From contig NC_090597.1 of assembly GCF_000497125.1 (NCBI RefSeq), forward strand, positions 1,065,797-1,129,796: 64,000 nucleotides of DNA, written 5' to 3'. The position numbers were made by a program, and so were the translations under genes. Shown here one piece after another: positions 1 to 14,734 of the stretch. Under the pieces are notes generated by a model that was not told where the DNA came from, ran no database searches, and saw only the letters and a program-made list of their open reading frames with translations. Origin of the DNA: Spironucleus salmonicida. Taxonomy: Eukaryota. Position 1 is the first letter of the stretch. Every line of letters starts with the position of its first letter.

Positions 1-3000
1 AATTCCTCTGAAACTTTCAAAACAGAAGTCTGGGGTTCATTGTCAGCAAGCGGAACCTGCTAAAACGACTAAAATATCTTGTTATTAGTCGCATTTCCAA
101 CAATTGACCCCAGCGGCTAGCGTATTTTCGACTTATTCACGTTCTCCGACTCCCGATTTTGCAACTATTTGGCCAGCCCAATATTCTATGTTGTCACTAT
201 ATCACTAACGAAATCGTAAACATTGTTAAAATGACACATTCCGCTTTATTTGACAAATAAACGCTAAATAGACATCAAATCCGGATAGGTGTTATAATCC
301 ACAATCCTGATCAGATTCTCTTCGAAATTGTATTGAATCTGTTCGTAGCGCTGCGGGTCACGCATGTTCATCTGCATGTACGAAACAGCGAGCTTCCCAC
401 TGTCGTGCATGGGCAGAATCGGCAACTCACGCCTTTTGAGAAGTTTCAGATAGCTCAGAAGGCTGAATGAAGACGAATACTGATCTATCGCAAAGTAGTC
501 GTAATAGTAGCCCTGCGCGTTCTACCGGAGTTCAGAATCGATATTTTCAAGCCGGTTGAGCGATGGATCAGTTGACGCGATGCCCTTCGGGAGCATCATA
601 CCGGATTTTTGACTGAATAGCTCAATTAGGTCGGATTTCAAATGATGAGTAGTCTCCTTGCTGTTCTGCGCTTTGAGCGTCTGTGTGCGCTTCTTTAGCC
701 AGAATTCGATGCCGATTCCAGTCTCCTGCTCCTGGTGCTCCTGCGACGCCTCGGACTCCGAAAAGCTCTTATTCAACTCCTTTTCGGGGAGCTCAAATCT
801 CAGATTATCGTCCTCTTTCTCCTCCTTCTTCTCTAGGACGTCAGGGCACAGATTGTACGCCATGAGAAGCAGGTCCTCGTGGCGCTTTACGAGACTGCTA
901 ACGCCCTGCTGGATGCTGTATTTCGGCGTAAAAACGCTAGCAATGTTGCTGCTGAAGAGCTGTTTGTTTGCTACGTAAATGTTGTAGCTGGCGAGCGTCA
1001 GGCTCGTTTCTAGCTCCTAAAACGTGTCCTGATTGACAATTTTGTCCTCATTCTCGATAAATGCGATTTTTGCGTTCTCTTTTTTGGGCTCCTGAGGCTC
1101 GTTTTCGGTGGTTTCTGTTAGTTCTGCCTGGCCTGCTATGAATTAGGCTTCTGCGTTCAAAATGATGTTTTTGCCTTCAATTAGGCGTCTACGCCTGCTT
1201 GTAACCGTTTTCTGGATTGAACCGAGGTCTCTGAACTTTTCAGTAAGCGAGGCTATGTTCACGACTTGGGAGTCAAATTGGCCTGAAATCGTGGTTGAAA
1301 GAGGGATTGTGATCGAATTTTCGGTGTCGACTGCGGAGTTGTAAATGAATTGCCTCTCAATTAATCCGTCAAGGCGCAGTAAATCGTAGAACTTTTGTAC
1401 TATGCTATTGTTATGCTGGGTTTAGCAACTTAAGAAATCTTCTCTTTTAGGATAAAATATCGTTTTTCTAACACCATTTTCATACAAATCATGGGAACTG
1501 AGGCCATCTTCGCGGGTATCGTTGAATATAAAACGATTGATCAAAAGCTTAGAATCTATAGGATATAGTGATTAAAATTTAATTTATTTAAGCTCTTCCT
1601 CTTCTGGAAGCTCGTCTAGGTCTTCACCGATAAAGCACCACATTGGGTATTCATTATCATTGAACTCAATGGTTTCGGTGTCAAATTTCGAAATAAGCTC
1701 ACCACCGTAGTTATTGCGCAAAAATTCATCCAAATTGGGTTCTATGTGAACGATTTTGTCATCAACTTCAAACTATTAAATTCTCATCACCATACCATCA
1801 ACACGACTTCTGAAAACAGATATTCTAGTTATAAACCAATGGGATATCTCATTTTTAATAATATCACCCTCATTATCACAAACTACTGTGTAAACAGGTC
1901 TAGGGCGCGATTGTACAATAGCAGCAACACCAGTTCTCTGTGAAAATGTGTTAAATAATCTGATAAAGCAATCTTTGTATAAAATTGTTTTTTCTGGTAC
2001 GTATTCGGCAGTTATTTTCTCTTTTTCTAAAGCCTTACGAAGAGGGAAGTTATTCTCAAGCTTGATTTCGCTCAAATTCGTTGGAACAGGCCAAGGTACC
2101 GGAAGACTTGAAATTAATATTCTTATTGGGGTTACAGAATCCCATCTACTAGCATATTTCTTCTAAAGCTCAGAATTTTTCTAATTCAAATAGTCTTATT
2201 ATAATTCGCCTAGATCTGCAAAATTCTCTTTCTAACTAAGTAAGTCTTTGTTGAATTGTTGAATACTTTGTTCTTGTAACAATTTTTCCTAGTTCTTCAC
2301 AACATTTTATGGTAAATTCATGCAGTTCTCAATTCCACTTTGGGCATTCTAAATTTCTATTAGAAACCCATTTTCTGCTCCTCCAACTTGATTTACTAAA
2401 CTCCCCTAAACAGCCTTTTTATCAACAAAATTAAACTGAATTTACCTGATTTTGACTATTTCGCTATTCATTAAGCAAATGCACCAGCTTTCTATGTTCA
2501 TAAAATCGTATGTAACGTCCTGTAGATTCTTTTCGATCTGTAAATTTACAAAATAATTTTTGTCGTTAAAAATCGCTTCAATACCCTTAAAAAGGCTATT
2601 TTTGACATTGAAAATGCGTCCAGAGGCTGGATCGATGAAACAACCATTTTTGACATTTTGTGGTACTTCTAACTGCTATTTAATGGCGTTAATGTCACCT
2701 TCGTATTCTTGAGTGATACCTTCAATATAAACCCAAGAATAGCACCTTTAACCTTCCAATTAGTCAGTCGAAAGTTCCTAAATGCGTTATTTGCGTTTTT
2801 CAACTCCACTTTTCGTTTGTTTTTCTAGTTCACTTTTATGCTTTTGCCCAGTTTTACCGGGGATCAGAATATCGTCCAATTTGTTGTCTCTCGCCATTTA
2901 ATTGATAATGAAATTCTCTATTTCGAGCTCCGATGCACCAATTTTTGCCATTTTGGAGCGGATTTTCGAAATCAAATTGAATTCTGAAACCGGAATTACT

Positions 3001-3974
3001 GGTTTTGGCTTCAAATATTTATTCGCCAAAAATGACGTTTTAACGTAATTTTCGTTAGGATTTAGCACTAAAACTGCTCCTAAAACAGACAATTTTTCGC
3101 TTCTCAAATTCGAATTTCCACTCCTAGAAAATCGCAATTCCGCAACTTTTGACTCTATTTAGTTGTTCAAAAGCGTGAAATCAGTAAAACCAGTAGAATT
3201 TTTGAGCTATATATCATGCACTAAGTTAATATTAATAGTCAATTTCTCATAAATATTCTACGGGAAATTGGAGCGGAAAATCAAATTCTAAATCGATTTT
3301 TTACAAGGCTGCAAATTGTCCAAAATCCACTGCTCTTGGGTGAAAACAGTTTCCACGTCCTGAAAATCGTTTATTTCCTTGCAATACGAATGGTTCATTT
3401 TGATGATATGCGGCTTGAAAATGGCTGAATTCGCGATGTCTGAACTGTAAAAATCGGCCAAAATTTGCGAAATTTCAACGAATTCCGGAATTTCCGGGCA
3501 GTTTTCGCGAGCCGTTTCCTGGTTCGTGAGCCTGCGGTCGGCGTATCCGATCACGACGTGGGCGTTGAAGCCTGCGCCGATTAGCAAGGACGCTAGGAGA
3601 ATCGAAAGGTCGTAGCAGTCGCCGCTCTGCCATTCCAGCGTTGTTTGGGGCGACTGGATATAGCTCGGGTACAGCAGCGCGTTCTCGAGCGGGAGGTAAT
3701 TGGTCGTTCTGGCGATAAAGCTAGACAGCAAATTAGCGGATTGCAGGGTAGAGGACGGCAGGATTGCGGGCTTAATAAAGGTTGGAATGAATTTGTGCGT
3801 TTTGCCCTCGTTCTGGGGTGATAGGAAAAGCGGTTTTCTGTTGGGAAAATTCGTCAAAAATGCGGTTTCGAACTATGCTGAATAGTTCAACAATAGATTT
3901 TCGCGTTCTGAGTTCTAGGTATACGAAGCTGGGAGAATAGACGGGTCCAGTGATTCAATTTTTGCGGATTTCAT
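1..3974 (-). CDS. DRC7: Dynein regulatory complex subunit 7 (CCDC135/lobo-like), transglutaminase-like N-terminus; runs off the left window edge
   Basis: ATG at 3974. Track fragments 3288-3857, 2898-3137, 1776-2075 and 522-863 are all in this frame and are joined by TAA/TAG=Gln. N-terminus LPASY...RKPLFLSPQNE...KFIPTFIKP...SPQTTLEWQSGDCYDLSILLASLLIGAGFNAHVVIGYA matches the DRC7 signature. Confidence 0.88.
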
Positions 3975-4494
3975 GTATGGAGCGGAATGTGAGATTAGCA
4001 TTATTTATATATAATAATAATAAAATAGGAAATGTCAAAATAATGACATTAATAAATGAGAAAACCCTAAGTTATACGAAATAGTTTCTATGTTGATCTT
4101 TACAATTTTATTTTGACTATCATCAGATAGGGTGATCAAGTTTCATTGATAAATTGTCTATTTAAAGTTATATAGATTTACCTAAATTTGTTAGTCGTTT
4201 TTTCGTAGATATGAGATAGTTAATTGCCTAATAAACTGAATTTTTGTTCATTTTAAATTTATAGTGTGTTATATTGCGTATAATATGCATATTTAGAATA
4301 ATTTTTTAATAAAAAATTGTCTAATTGGAGTCATATCATTATACAGCACATAATAGACTTTATATAATTTTTCTACTAATATTTATAAATAAGTTATGAA
4401 TTTCTATGAAATTATATAAAATAAACAGTATTTCTTATCGAATACAAATAATATCATTAATAACAACCATAGAGAATACCAAATTAATTAATTA

Positions 4495-4956
4495 TCATCC
4501 TCCATATTTATATGATTCACATTTTTCAAATCCTCTTTCTTCACCTCTATTATTTTTAGATATTCGTTAGACAAGCTGAGTAATTCCGTGTGCTATATTA
4601 TTTATAGTATGTCCTAATGCTGCCTCTATTAGTTATTTCGTATCTTAGTATGTATTTAAATCGTATTCTTCCACCTAATACTTGTCGATTATTACATTTT
4701 TTCTATGGATTAATTCTTCATCAAAGGATTCGCTACTTTTGAGTAAATCATTTACTTATATTGCTGGTCTTTTATGTGTACTATTTATTTACTTGTTTAG
4801 CTAAATCTTATTATTTAGTTATACTTCATCCTATTATATCATATGTATAACTGACTTATTTGTACAACTTTATACAATCTTGGGCGCAGTTAAACATGAC
4901 AATTCTGCTTAATTTTAAAATGTTTTAGCAGATTTCAAAAATCCATGATGATTCAT
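4495..4956 (-). CDS. Hypothetical protein (153 aa); C-terminal domain shared with 55247-55777
   Basis: Code-6 ORF MNHHGFLK...YKYGG*. Segment RKNVIIDKYQVEEYDLNTYQDTKQLIEAALGHTINNIAHGITQLVQRISK aligns with the 55247 protein. Confidence 0.65.
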
Positions 4957-6856
4957 TTTTAAAACTAGTAAAATATATATAATATATAATTAAATAATTA
5001 AGAAATAATAGTGGTTTTCTGGTTTCTGTTTGAGTTTTGATCAAATTATTCATAAGTAACAAAATCATTTCTATTATTAATGTAAAATTATAATTATTTT
5101 ATATCATAAAACGTTAATTGAAAATTTTTAACCTCACAAGTGTATATCAAGCAGATTTAAAATATGTTAAACCTAGTATCCTCACTACCAGAAATAAAAT
5201 TAACGTTGATTATTTTTTTCAACACAGATAAAAAGAAGCTACATTGAAATTTTCGTTCATCTAAAGTCAGGAATAATAATTTCAGTCCGCTAGGCCGTAA
5301 ATAAAAGGAGTTTGCTTTTAGTGATCTATAATTTGAATAAAATATATTATAGTTAATATCTTCCTTTCAGCTTCATTTTTAGAAGAAGATGAAGTGATAG
5401 AATATCAGTAAAATAAGCATTCTTTTTAATCATGATACAGTATAAAGATCTATGGATTTAACTTTGCATTTCGTCAGTGAGATAAATTAAATATGGTAAT
5501 CAGTTTAAATAAAGATTTTAAATATAAAAATAATAACTTATTGTGAAATTAAATGTTAATAATAGAAACTAACTTATTAAAGTTAATGTATTGATATTTG
5601 AAACACAGTTATTATATATTACTTATAATATACTTTATTTATGTAATTTATTAATTAAATATGAAATTAAATGGTTTATGACAATGATTTAATTATTTAT
5701 TAACCAAGACAAACTATTTTTACAATTATCTAAATTAAAAATAATAGTAATTTAAATTTCCTTTAAAAGATATTTATTGTACTGATTTAGCGTAGAAAAA
5801 AATATTGTTGAATGAGGATTATAATAACTAATATTTGTAACGTATTGATATAAATTTTAAATTGTAAGTTATCAAGATAGTTGCTGTTATGATTTACAAA
5901 TATTAATATATTAACATTAAAACAGATGAATGTTTGAAATAAATGTTACTGTTTGATAATATTTAATGATAATACATATTTGGTATAAGTAATGTCATAT
6001 AATATATATTCGATTTAAATATAATAATAAATCTACCATTCATCGAATAAGCTTTGACTGCAAAGCATATGCTTAAATTCTAACGATATATTTGTAATAC
6101 TTATATATTTTATTAAAATTTATCATCATATAAAATGATTGACTACAAATAAAAATTATTTCAAATATAAAGAAATCTACACTTCTATGAAATTCATATT
6201 TGGTCATAAACATCTTAAAATTATAGTTAAAACCTAAACAGCATACATACCTCGATTCAATAGAGAACTAAATTGTAAATTTAAAAAACTTTACATTATT
6301 AAATTTAAATATTTAGATATATCTTTATACACATAATAATCATATGAAATCTGGATTTTATTATAGGTTCAAGTAATAAATATTACTTTTAATAATATAT
6401 ATTGTTATTATATTTTATATATATTTATATAAAATAGCTTATTATTAAAAATCACCATAGATAAATAATATTATAATAAGCATAATAAATAAATAAAAAT
6501 ATAAAATAATAGTTATATTTATATATTTAATACATAAACTTATTAAATAATATTAATAACAAATCATGATTAATAATAAATAAACAAATAAAATATATGA
6601 CAAGCATTATTGTAATAAAATATATGTATTACTTATAATTTTACGTATTATTTAACTTTTAAAAAATATAAAAATTAACAGTATATTAAGTTATCATCGA
6701 TATAAATCAAGAACTATTTTTTAGTGTTTTTATGATTTTATATTATTAATTTTAGAGTAGTTAATCCAAGTTAACCGCTTATCACAAAAAGCGAAACTAT
6801 TTAATCCTAATTATTTATGAATTAAAGCACTTATCGTAAAATTTCATTAACTAAAA

Positions 6857-8703
6857 ATGTCCGGAACCTGTACTGATAGCCAAAATAATTGCAATGAAGG
6901 AAATTATTGTCCAACAGGAACTACTACTGAAAAAGTATGCATTACATGCACTGAAGGTTGCCTTACTTGCTCAGGTACCACCTTAGAAGATACAATGTGC
7001 GCCACTTGCGCAGACGGCTAATTTCTTGATGGAAAAAAATGTTCATCCTGTGACTCCAAATGTAAAATCTGTAGCACTACTGCAACCACCTGTTCTGTCT
7101 GCGAAAACGATAACTTTTTAGAGAATAATGCATGCAAAACATGTACTGCCAATCAGATGAAGCCCTGCGTGTGCACAGCCGCCGTTAATTGCACCACCTG
7201 CGCCAGCGATAAGACGAAGTGTGCCACCTGCAATGGAAATTACAATTAAGATGCTGCCACACCCTGCTCTACCTGCAACCCCGGTTTTTTTGAGAGCACC
7301 ACCGTTCCAAAAACCTGTACAGCATGCCCTGCCACCTGCCTCACCTGCACCTCTGCCACCGAATGCCAGACCTGCGCCAATGTCAACGTTTTGGTCGGTT
7401 CCACTTGCGCCCCTTGCTAAATTGCTCAGATGAAGCCCTGCGTGTGCACGGATGCCGTTAACTGCGCCACCTGCGCCACCGACAACACTAAATGCGCCAC
7501 CTGCAACGGAAACTACAACCAAGATGCTGACACGCCCTGCTCGACCTGCAAGCCAACATTTTTCGAGGATACGACGGCGGGCACGAAAACCTGCAAAGCA
7601 TGCTCAGCTAACTGCATAACCTGCTCATCTGACACCAACTGTACAGTTTGCGATTCTGGTTTCGTTGTTGAGGCTAACAAGTGCGAAAAGTGCGCAGACT
7701 TAAACTGCACAACATGCCAAACCGGAAAGAACGTCTGCACCGCCTGCACAACCGGATTTACCTTGACAGATAGCAAGTGCGTCAAAAACTGCTCGGAAGA
7801 TTCCGAGTGCGCTCCTTCTGAAATTTGTCAAACGACCTGCAAAACCTGCACTGACAACTGCGCTACCTGCAAGAATACGCTTAGCGAGTGCAAAAGCTGC
7901 CTTTCAGGCTTCATTTTGGAAGGAACTACATGCACTTAATGCGGCGATAACTGCGCCAATTGCGATGGGGATAAAGCAGTCTGCCGGTTGTGCAAGCGCA
8001 ACTTTTTCCTCTAGACTGGTGCTTGCACGACCTGCGCTGGCAACACCGTTGAGCAATGTGAGTGCAATGAAGCCATAAACTGTGCAGCCTGCTAGGTTGC
8101 GGACACGACAAAATGTGAAAATTGCCTCACTGGGTACAAGAAGTCGAATTTGGGTTCTTGTGACGAGTGCTCGGAAGGCTTTTTCATGAGCTAAAAGTTG
8201 TGTTCCAAATGCGGTGACGTCTGCAAGAGCTGCTCAGGTAACGGCGAAAGGTGCGATACTTGTGCTACTGGGCACACGATGAGCATAAACCAAATATGCG
8301 AAAAAGACTGCACTGATGTTGTTACTGATGGCATGGTTTGCGTTGTGGAGTAAGTAGTGGCGTGTGGGAGTGATGGTTAGACAGTTGCATGCAAATGCTA
8401 AACTGCGGTGAACTGCCTCAAATGCAACGGGACTGATAGAAAAAATGCGAGTCCTGCATGCCAGGATACACGCTTGCGGAAGAGGTCTGCACTGGGTGCA
8501 CTGAGGGAGCTGAAGTTGTTGGTGCGTTCTGCTTTATTTCTGGAAATAGGTCTAAAAATAACCTTTCTGGCGGAGCTATTGCCGGCATTGTAATTGCAGT
8601 TTTGATTGTTGCTGGTGCGATAGGTGGCGGGGTATTCTGGTTTATGAGGGAGAAAAAGAAGACATCGGTGTGTGTTGAAGGTTCTGCTGGAATACAGGAA
8701 TGA
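6857..8703 (+). CDS. Cysteine-rich membrane protein (CRMP/VSP-like) with an apparent frameshift near 8440
   Basis: MSGTC... followed by many CXXC/CXC modules. C-terminal [29 protein letters not shown] and basic tail REKKK. The TM part lies in a different frame, joined at the A6 run 8440-8445. Confidence 0.85.
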
Positions 8704-9763
8704 AATATTTTATTGGTAGCATTTATAGATGTGTAAGAAGTTAGATCCTACCGGTACTAAAATTAATTAGATTATAATTGTTTACCTGTGACCATGCAAT
8801 TTGTGAATGGTCCCGCTGCAGATGGGAGACTTCCCCTCAAAAGGCACAAGAAATTGATTCATAACAAGGAATGTTAAGTAGAAAATTGTTTACTATATTG
8901 TGAACATTATCAGCTTAGGCGTGTTAATAAAACTGGTTTTAAAGTTAAAACATTGTTGTACATTTCTCTCAAATAGATTTTAAATTTTTATGTTACCTTT
9001 AAATAAACCTAGCATCGCTGTAATCACACTTACTCTACCATAAATTTAATAATATTTCTTAATTACATAATTAAATAAATATCATCATTAACTGGATATA
9101 GATTTACATAACAAAAATTTCATTAATAAATTTAGAAGAGTCTTTATATTATATCTTGTTAAATACAATGAACAAGTTATTCCAAAATAACATTATATTG
9201 TATCTAAACAACAGTAAATATATACTCTCAATCGAAGATCTATACAAACTTTATTTCATCTTAAAGTTTAGTCGGTACAACCAGATATACTGATAATGCA
9301 GCATTCAGCAAGTTTGAATAAAGACATGCTCTTATTTTTGCAAGCAACAGCGTCGTCTGACTAACCCGCTTTATTCGTAGCTTGTTTCGCCATTCATTTT
9401 AAAACTATATATTGGATACTATATGTAAAATAATAGCATTTTTAAAATAGAAGCGTTTTAAAATTCTTAATACTAGGATATTGTCCATATCTACTAGCCA
9501 CTAGTACGACATAGTAGAGTACTGTATATAGGGAGGTAACCGTTAATAGTCAAATTTTTATGCCAGCTGGTGTGTACTTAGTTTAACAATTAAGCTTTAT
9601 CGTGTTGCAAAAATGCGTTGAGCGTGTTAATTACGCACCACAGGTTCTTTATTAAATTAGTCATTACACAGATTAGTTTCATAGTAATTACTAGGATAAC
9701 TACACTATTTTTAATATAGTTCTATATTATAATTTTTATCTAATTAATATTACCATTCCTTAA

Positions 9764-12700
9764 ATGACCAATCAGGGCTCGAATACCAAGACAGAAGCTA
9801 AGCCTACCTAGCTCACTTTTTCCTCTTTAGACAACGATATTATGGAGCTTCAATAGGATGTGGTGTTTTCATTTATCGGAACTGAATTTTATATAAGCAA
9901 AGTTGACGATGCCGTATGTTACCTAAGAGTAACCATTGATACTGTTGAAACCCTCAGCCTCCTGCACCTCTTCATGTGGCAGCATAGGCAAGGTCTGCTA
10001 CTCAGAAGCGACATCCAACTGATCATGATACAAGATGAACTGAAGGATCCTAGTATATCAGTATCTGAATACTGGCGTAACTTGGCTTCGTTGTCCCTTC
10101 AAATGGGATTTTCCACCATGTCATTTAATAAATATATTGATATTTTGTTATAGAAGCCAACCCATTAAATGATTATAGTATCAGACGTCCCCAGAATCGA
10201 CTCTCAGTAGCTAGACACCATGGAGGGATTGAGCCACTTCCAGTTTGATGCTAAAATGTCCAATTCCATGAAATTGGTTATTTTGGAGCGAATTGGCTTG
10301 ACTGCCCATAAATAAAAGCAATATGCTCATCTACTGCCAATGATACTGGGGTATAGCGCCTACATTATTTAGAATTAAATTATTTAATATTAAAAATAGG
10401 ATATGGAAAGTATTGTTAAAGATACTGTTTATATTAAAAATAAGGATATTGATAAAGAAATTCTTGATCCAAATTTCCCTCAGGTTTATATTCATCATGC
10501 ATAAGAAGTGTATACTACTGCAACCGTTCCATCTGAGATTTAATATAAGGCTACTATTTTAGACACTAATGGAAATAAGAGGATCAAGAATTTTACATTC
10601 GATAATATCACTTAAGTCTTCAAGAATATCTTTGAACTCCCAATACATTTAATAGATTTATTTAAATTTGATGGTACCAACAAGTTCATCTTCCAGCAAA
10701 TGTGCGACGTGTCCTACCTGTTCAAGGCGTAGTACTTTGCGGTGTTCTCAGCCTTCTTCCCCCTCGAAAATGCGGTTATGAGCCAGAGCTCGAGGAGCGG
10801 TAAAACTGTCACCCTGCACACTATATTCTACTTCAACCTGTTATCGGGGCTGAAAATTCCCATATTGATTAACATTGGATTTACAAAAGATTCGCGTGAG
10901 CTGGAAACGCAGCCGCTATACGATAGAAGTTCTATCGAGATTGGTTAACGCCTAAAAGCTTTATTTTGCGACTATCAAAGTAAAACTGTCCTTGGAGACG
11001 TTATTAGTAGTAATTTGAAAGATGGAGTTGAATATTCTAAAACGATGGCTTATGTTAAAATAGAGTGTTTCAACTTAATCAAAGACTATGATATACTGGC
11101 ATTATAAATATTACTTAAAAGTATATTTGTTTCATATTTCACGGGATATTCTTATTTTGAATAATTTTCGTTAAGTTGTGGGTTTAATTTTTTTAATTAT
11201 TAGCAAGCAGATCAATTGAAATAAATCTAAGTCACTTTAGAAGAAGAGCTAAAATAATTGTAGAAAGAAACTGGAAGTAATTAAAAAAATGAGGAGGTAT
11301 AGTTATAAATAGATCATGTATCCAGGAGAATTAAGTCTTACTAAAATGGATTTATTAAACCAGATAACACGGTAAACTAAATTCAGGAATTTAGCAAAAA
11401 CAAGTAAATTATTCTATTAGTCGATGAGTGTCTAGCTTACCAGAAAGCCAACTACTAATTGTGCACCAGGGCGCTAGTTAGAATAGCAGATTAATTTGTT
11501 GCCAAATTTACGGAAAATGCAAAATCGAGCATCGATGAAGTACTTTAGAATATCAAGTAGATAGCAGCTAGTCAGTTAATATAATTATTAGACTGGCTAG
11601 AAATTCGTAAAAATGGTTTGAAAGTATGTAAAATTGATGATAATAACAAGCTTTTACTCTTGGATGAGGCAAAGCAAAAAGTAGAATACATCCTTGGTGA
11701 CCCTATAGAGATTGACCGATATTTCCTTAGGTTAATACCGTCTGAAGTATTTAAAAATTGTAAAGCTTATAAACTCATTGATCTAATGGGTATTTCGTCT
11801 CCCAATTTTATCAACCTTAGAGAACCATTAATAATAAGGGACGCATTCTAGGAAATGATGTCAGATGTTAGAAAATAAACTACAATTGCCGTATTTAGGG
11901 CAAAAGTCTACTAGTTTCTCCTAATGTTATACAACCCGCGTGGTATCGAGACAATATTCTGGAGAAACGTTTCTTTTTCTATGAATTAAGTAGCAGATTC
12001 CATTAATATAACTAATACACCAAGCAGCTAAATTAAAGATGAATTAAACAAATATTTAAGCGAATAGTTTAGTACAGAAACCATGTACATTGATTTCTTC
12101 ACAAGTACATACAATGTTACTATAAAATTCCCTATAGAAAATATTTATGCATAAATTCCCTTTATCTCAGCAAAATCTGCTCACCTACTGGCTGCAGGAA
12201 CTGATCTAGCCCTTATAAACTTCATCAGATAGAATTAGTTTCTTTATACTTCCGAAAATAGTAGAGGTTAAACTCCATATACACAATCGAATATCCTTGG
12301 CACCTCCTAGATGCACCCTTCTTGTCTGACCTAAAGCTACTACAAAGATATGCGAATTACAACCTAGACTGACGATTCTATGAGACAATAAGTAAACGAT
12401 AAGGTAAAAAATATGAACATCAAGGACTTCTACCTCACGATGGTACCGGAACTAGCTGCAGAGCTTTAATTCTTATGTCCACTGATTTGCCCTTAAATAA
12501 TAATCAAAAATTCAACATCTAAATATTTATTTAACTCTACACGATAGTATTAGTATAACATTGGTGAAAAAATTATTGACCTAAATATTTTATCATCTCA
12601 TAGATAGATTTTAAATTCATTATTTATAGAAAGAGAAGATAAGTAAGTTGGTGCAACCTCGTTAGGTAGTAACAGATTGGCACTGAATAAAATTTTAAAA

Positions 12701-14734
12701 TCATAATCCATTTAAGATTTTAATAATAACTTGCGTCTGACTTCATCGTCCTCCCTAAATAGAGAAGTAGTGTTTATTCTTAGTTTTACCATGAGTTAAA
12801 AATTTGTGTAAAATTTAGTTATACTAACAACATTAACAGAAGAAGATCTTGTATAACAGTCGTGTGGCGCCCAACAGATATTATGCTAACTTAACTAACA
12901 ACAAGTGTCTGAAATATCAGCGGCGCTACTTCTTATTGTTTCATTATGCTAAAATTCTGATCATGAGACAGGTATGAAGCTGCTGATGAATTAAATCAGT
13001 AAAGATTCTTAATTTTTGGAGATATACGAAAATCCATATTACAAATATACTGCAGTTACAGAAATCAAGTTAGACACATTATATAAATAGCTTAAATCTC
13101 TATTCAAAGAAGCATGTTTCATGTTCCTGCAACAGTCATTTGATAAATTTTTCAATGCAAAATCTCCCACTCTGTAGGAATTCTTTTAACATGCTATTGA
13201 TAATGCGGGAATATGTTATGCAAAATTGCTATCAATAGGCTAGATTAAAGCAGGTTAAAAGCTCGCTATTGTAACAATTGTTGATAAGAATCACATATCA
13301 AATGTATTTTTTAAGCCACTGCCTCCAATGCCAGACTATTTGATTTCACTTTTTGGGGTCAGTGACTAATAAGTCATAGACTTCAGTGATTAAAGACTTC
13401 TGTCCATTAACACTCACAGTAACAACGGTCATAAATTTTCTAGCCTCAACTTCTTGATTGAATCTGGAAATCACATCCCTGAAGAAGTTTCTACCAAATA
13501 AAAGGATATAGAAGTTGCTTTGTGCTTCTAAATTTCTAGCAAATAAAAAACTACGGTTACATAAATAGTTCTATTCCATAAAAATGGGCATGCACGGCAC
13601 AATGATGAATAAGATATCGAATAAGACTAAGAAAGGTTAAGTGGAGTCCAACAATGTGCACATCTATCATTCACACAATTTAGCAATTAAGATTACTCCA
13701 TAGGTAGCTATTTGCAGTAGATAAACGTATTTGACGAATTTTAAAAAGTATGGTATTATAAATGTTATTTCTAGTATGGTATCTAAACTTTTATATAGTA
13801 GTAGAGCTTTTCCCCTGAATATGAAATTCATGTGGACTGCTTTTGGGGCTAGAACTTCTTCCTAATTCCAAGATAGTAAAATATACGAAGTGTGCTGAGG
13901 ACTGCAAATCCATAGCTATTTCTCTTCGAAGCTGTCAAAATTAACAAAAGTGATGCAAATAATAAGGAGTCTTCGGTGTCTATGCACATCATCGTAAACT
14001 AACATTAGCACCTTTTCTAGAAGCTAGGAAACTTATACGAAACTTTAGAATTCGCATCGCCAGCAATAAGAGTGTAAACCAATGTTGCCTGGATCCCGAA
14101 CAAATTTAATACGTGCACTGAAAACCCCATACAAATTACCATTGAACAAATTAACTCTTTAATATTAACGGTAGAAAGTTGCCGTGTTGAAAATAGTATT
14201 TAGTATAGATTTTTAAGCAATCCTATGTTAGCAAAATTTGACCTTGGTACAAGCACTGTAATGTCGTACTTGCTTAATATAACACTTTTCCCTATCGCAG
14301 TCGAAGGCCAAATTCTAGTGGTAAATTAGCTTGCACCTGACCACTCGGAGTTCGTTGTTCCAGAGCCATCCAAGTCTGAAGAGTAGACTGTTGAGGATGC
14401 CTCCATATCGCAATACCATACGTTATGCCAAGCTGCAAAGGACAAGTATAGAAACGAGCTCTCTGATGACTAAGTGCAGTTCATGCAAAAGAACGTAAAT
14501 GGGGTTTTTGATGCAGCATGCGCGTTACTATAATTTGATGATGGATTTTTTGCATTTAACGTAAAATATTTATCCTAAAGGCCTGATACGAGAGTTTATA
14601 GAACATTTTTTAAGGATGATTGTTTCGAAATTATTTAAAAATCCACACGGTTATTACTGGATACGTTTTCACAGCTGAATGCTGTTATAGTGGCCATCGA
14701 GGATGGCGTCGTCCACGTGATAATTCTTGAGTGA
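9764..14734 (+). CDS. Large hypothetical protein (~1656 aa) with a degenerate P-loop-like motif
   Basis: Code-6 frame from ATG 9764 to GAG-TGA 14734. Track fragments 9860, 10742 and 11618 share this frame. Motif SQSSRSGKT near 10790. Confidence 0.75.
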
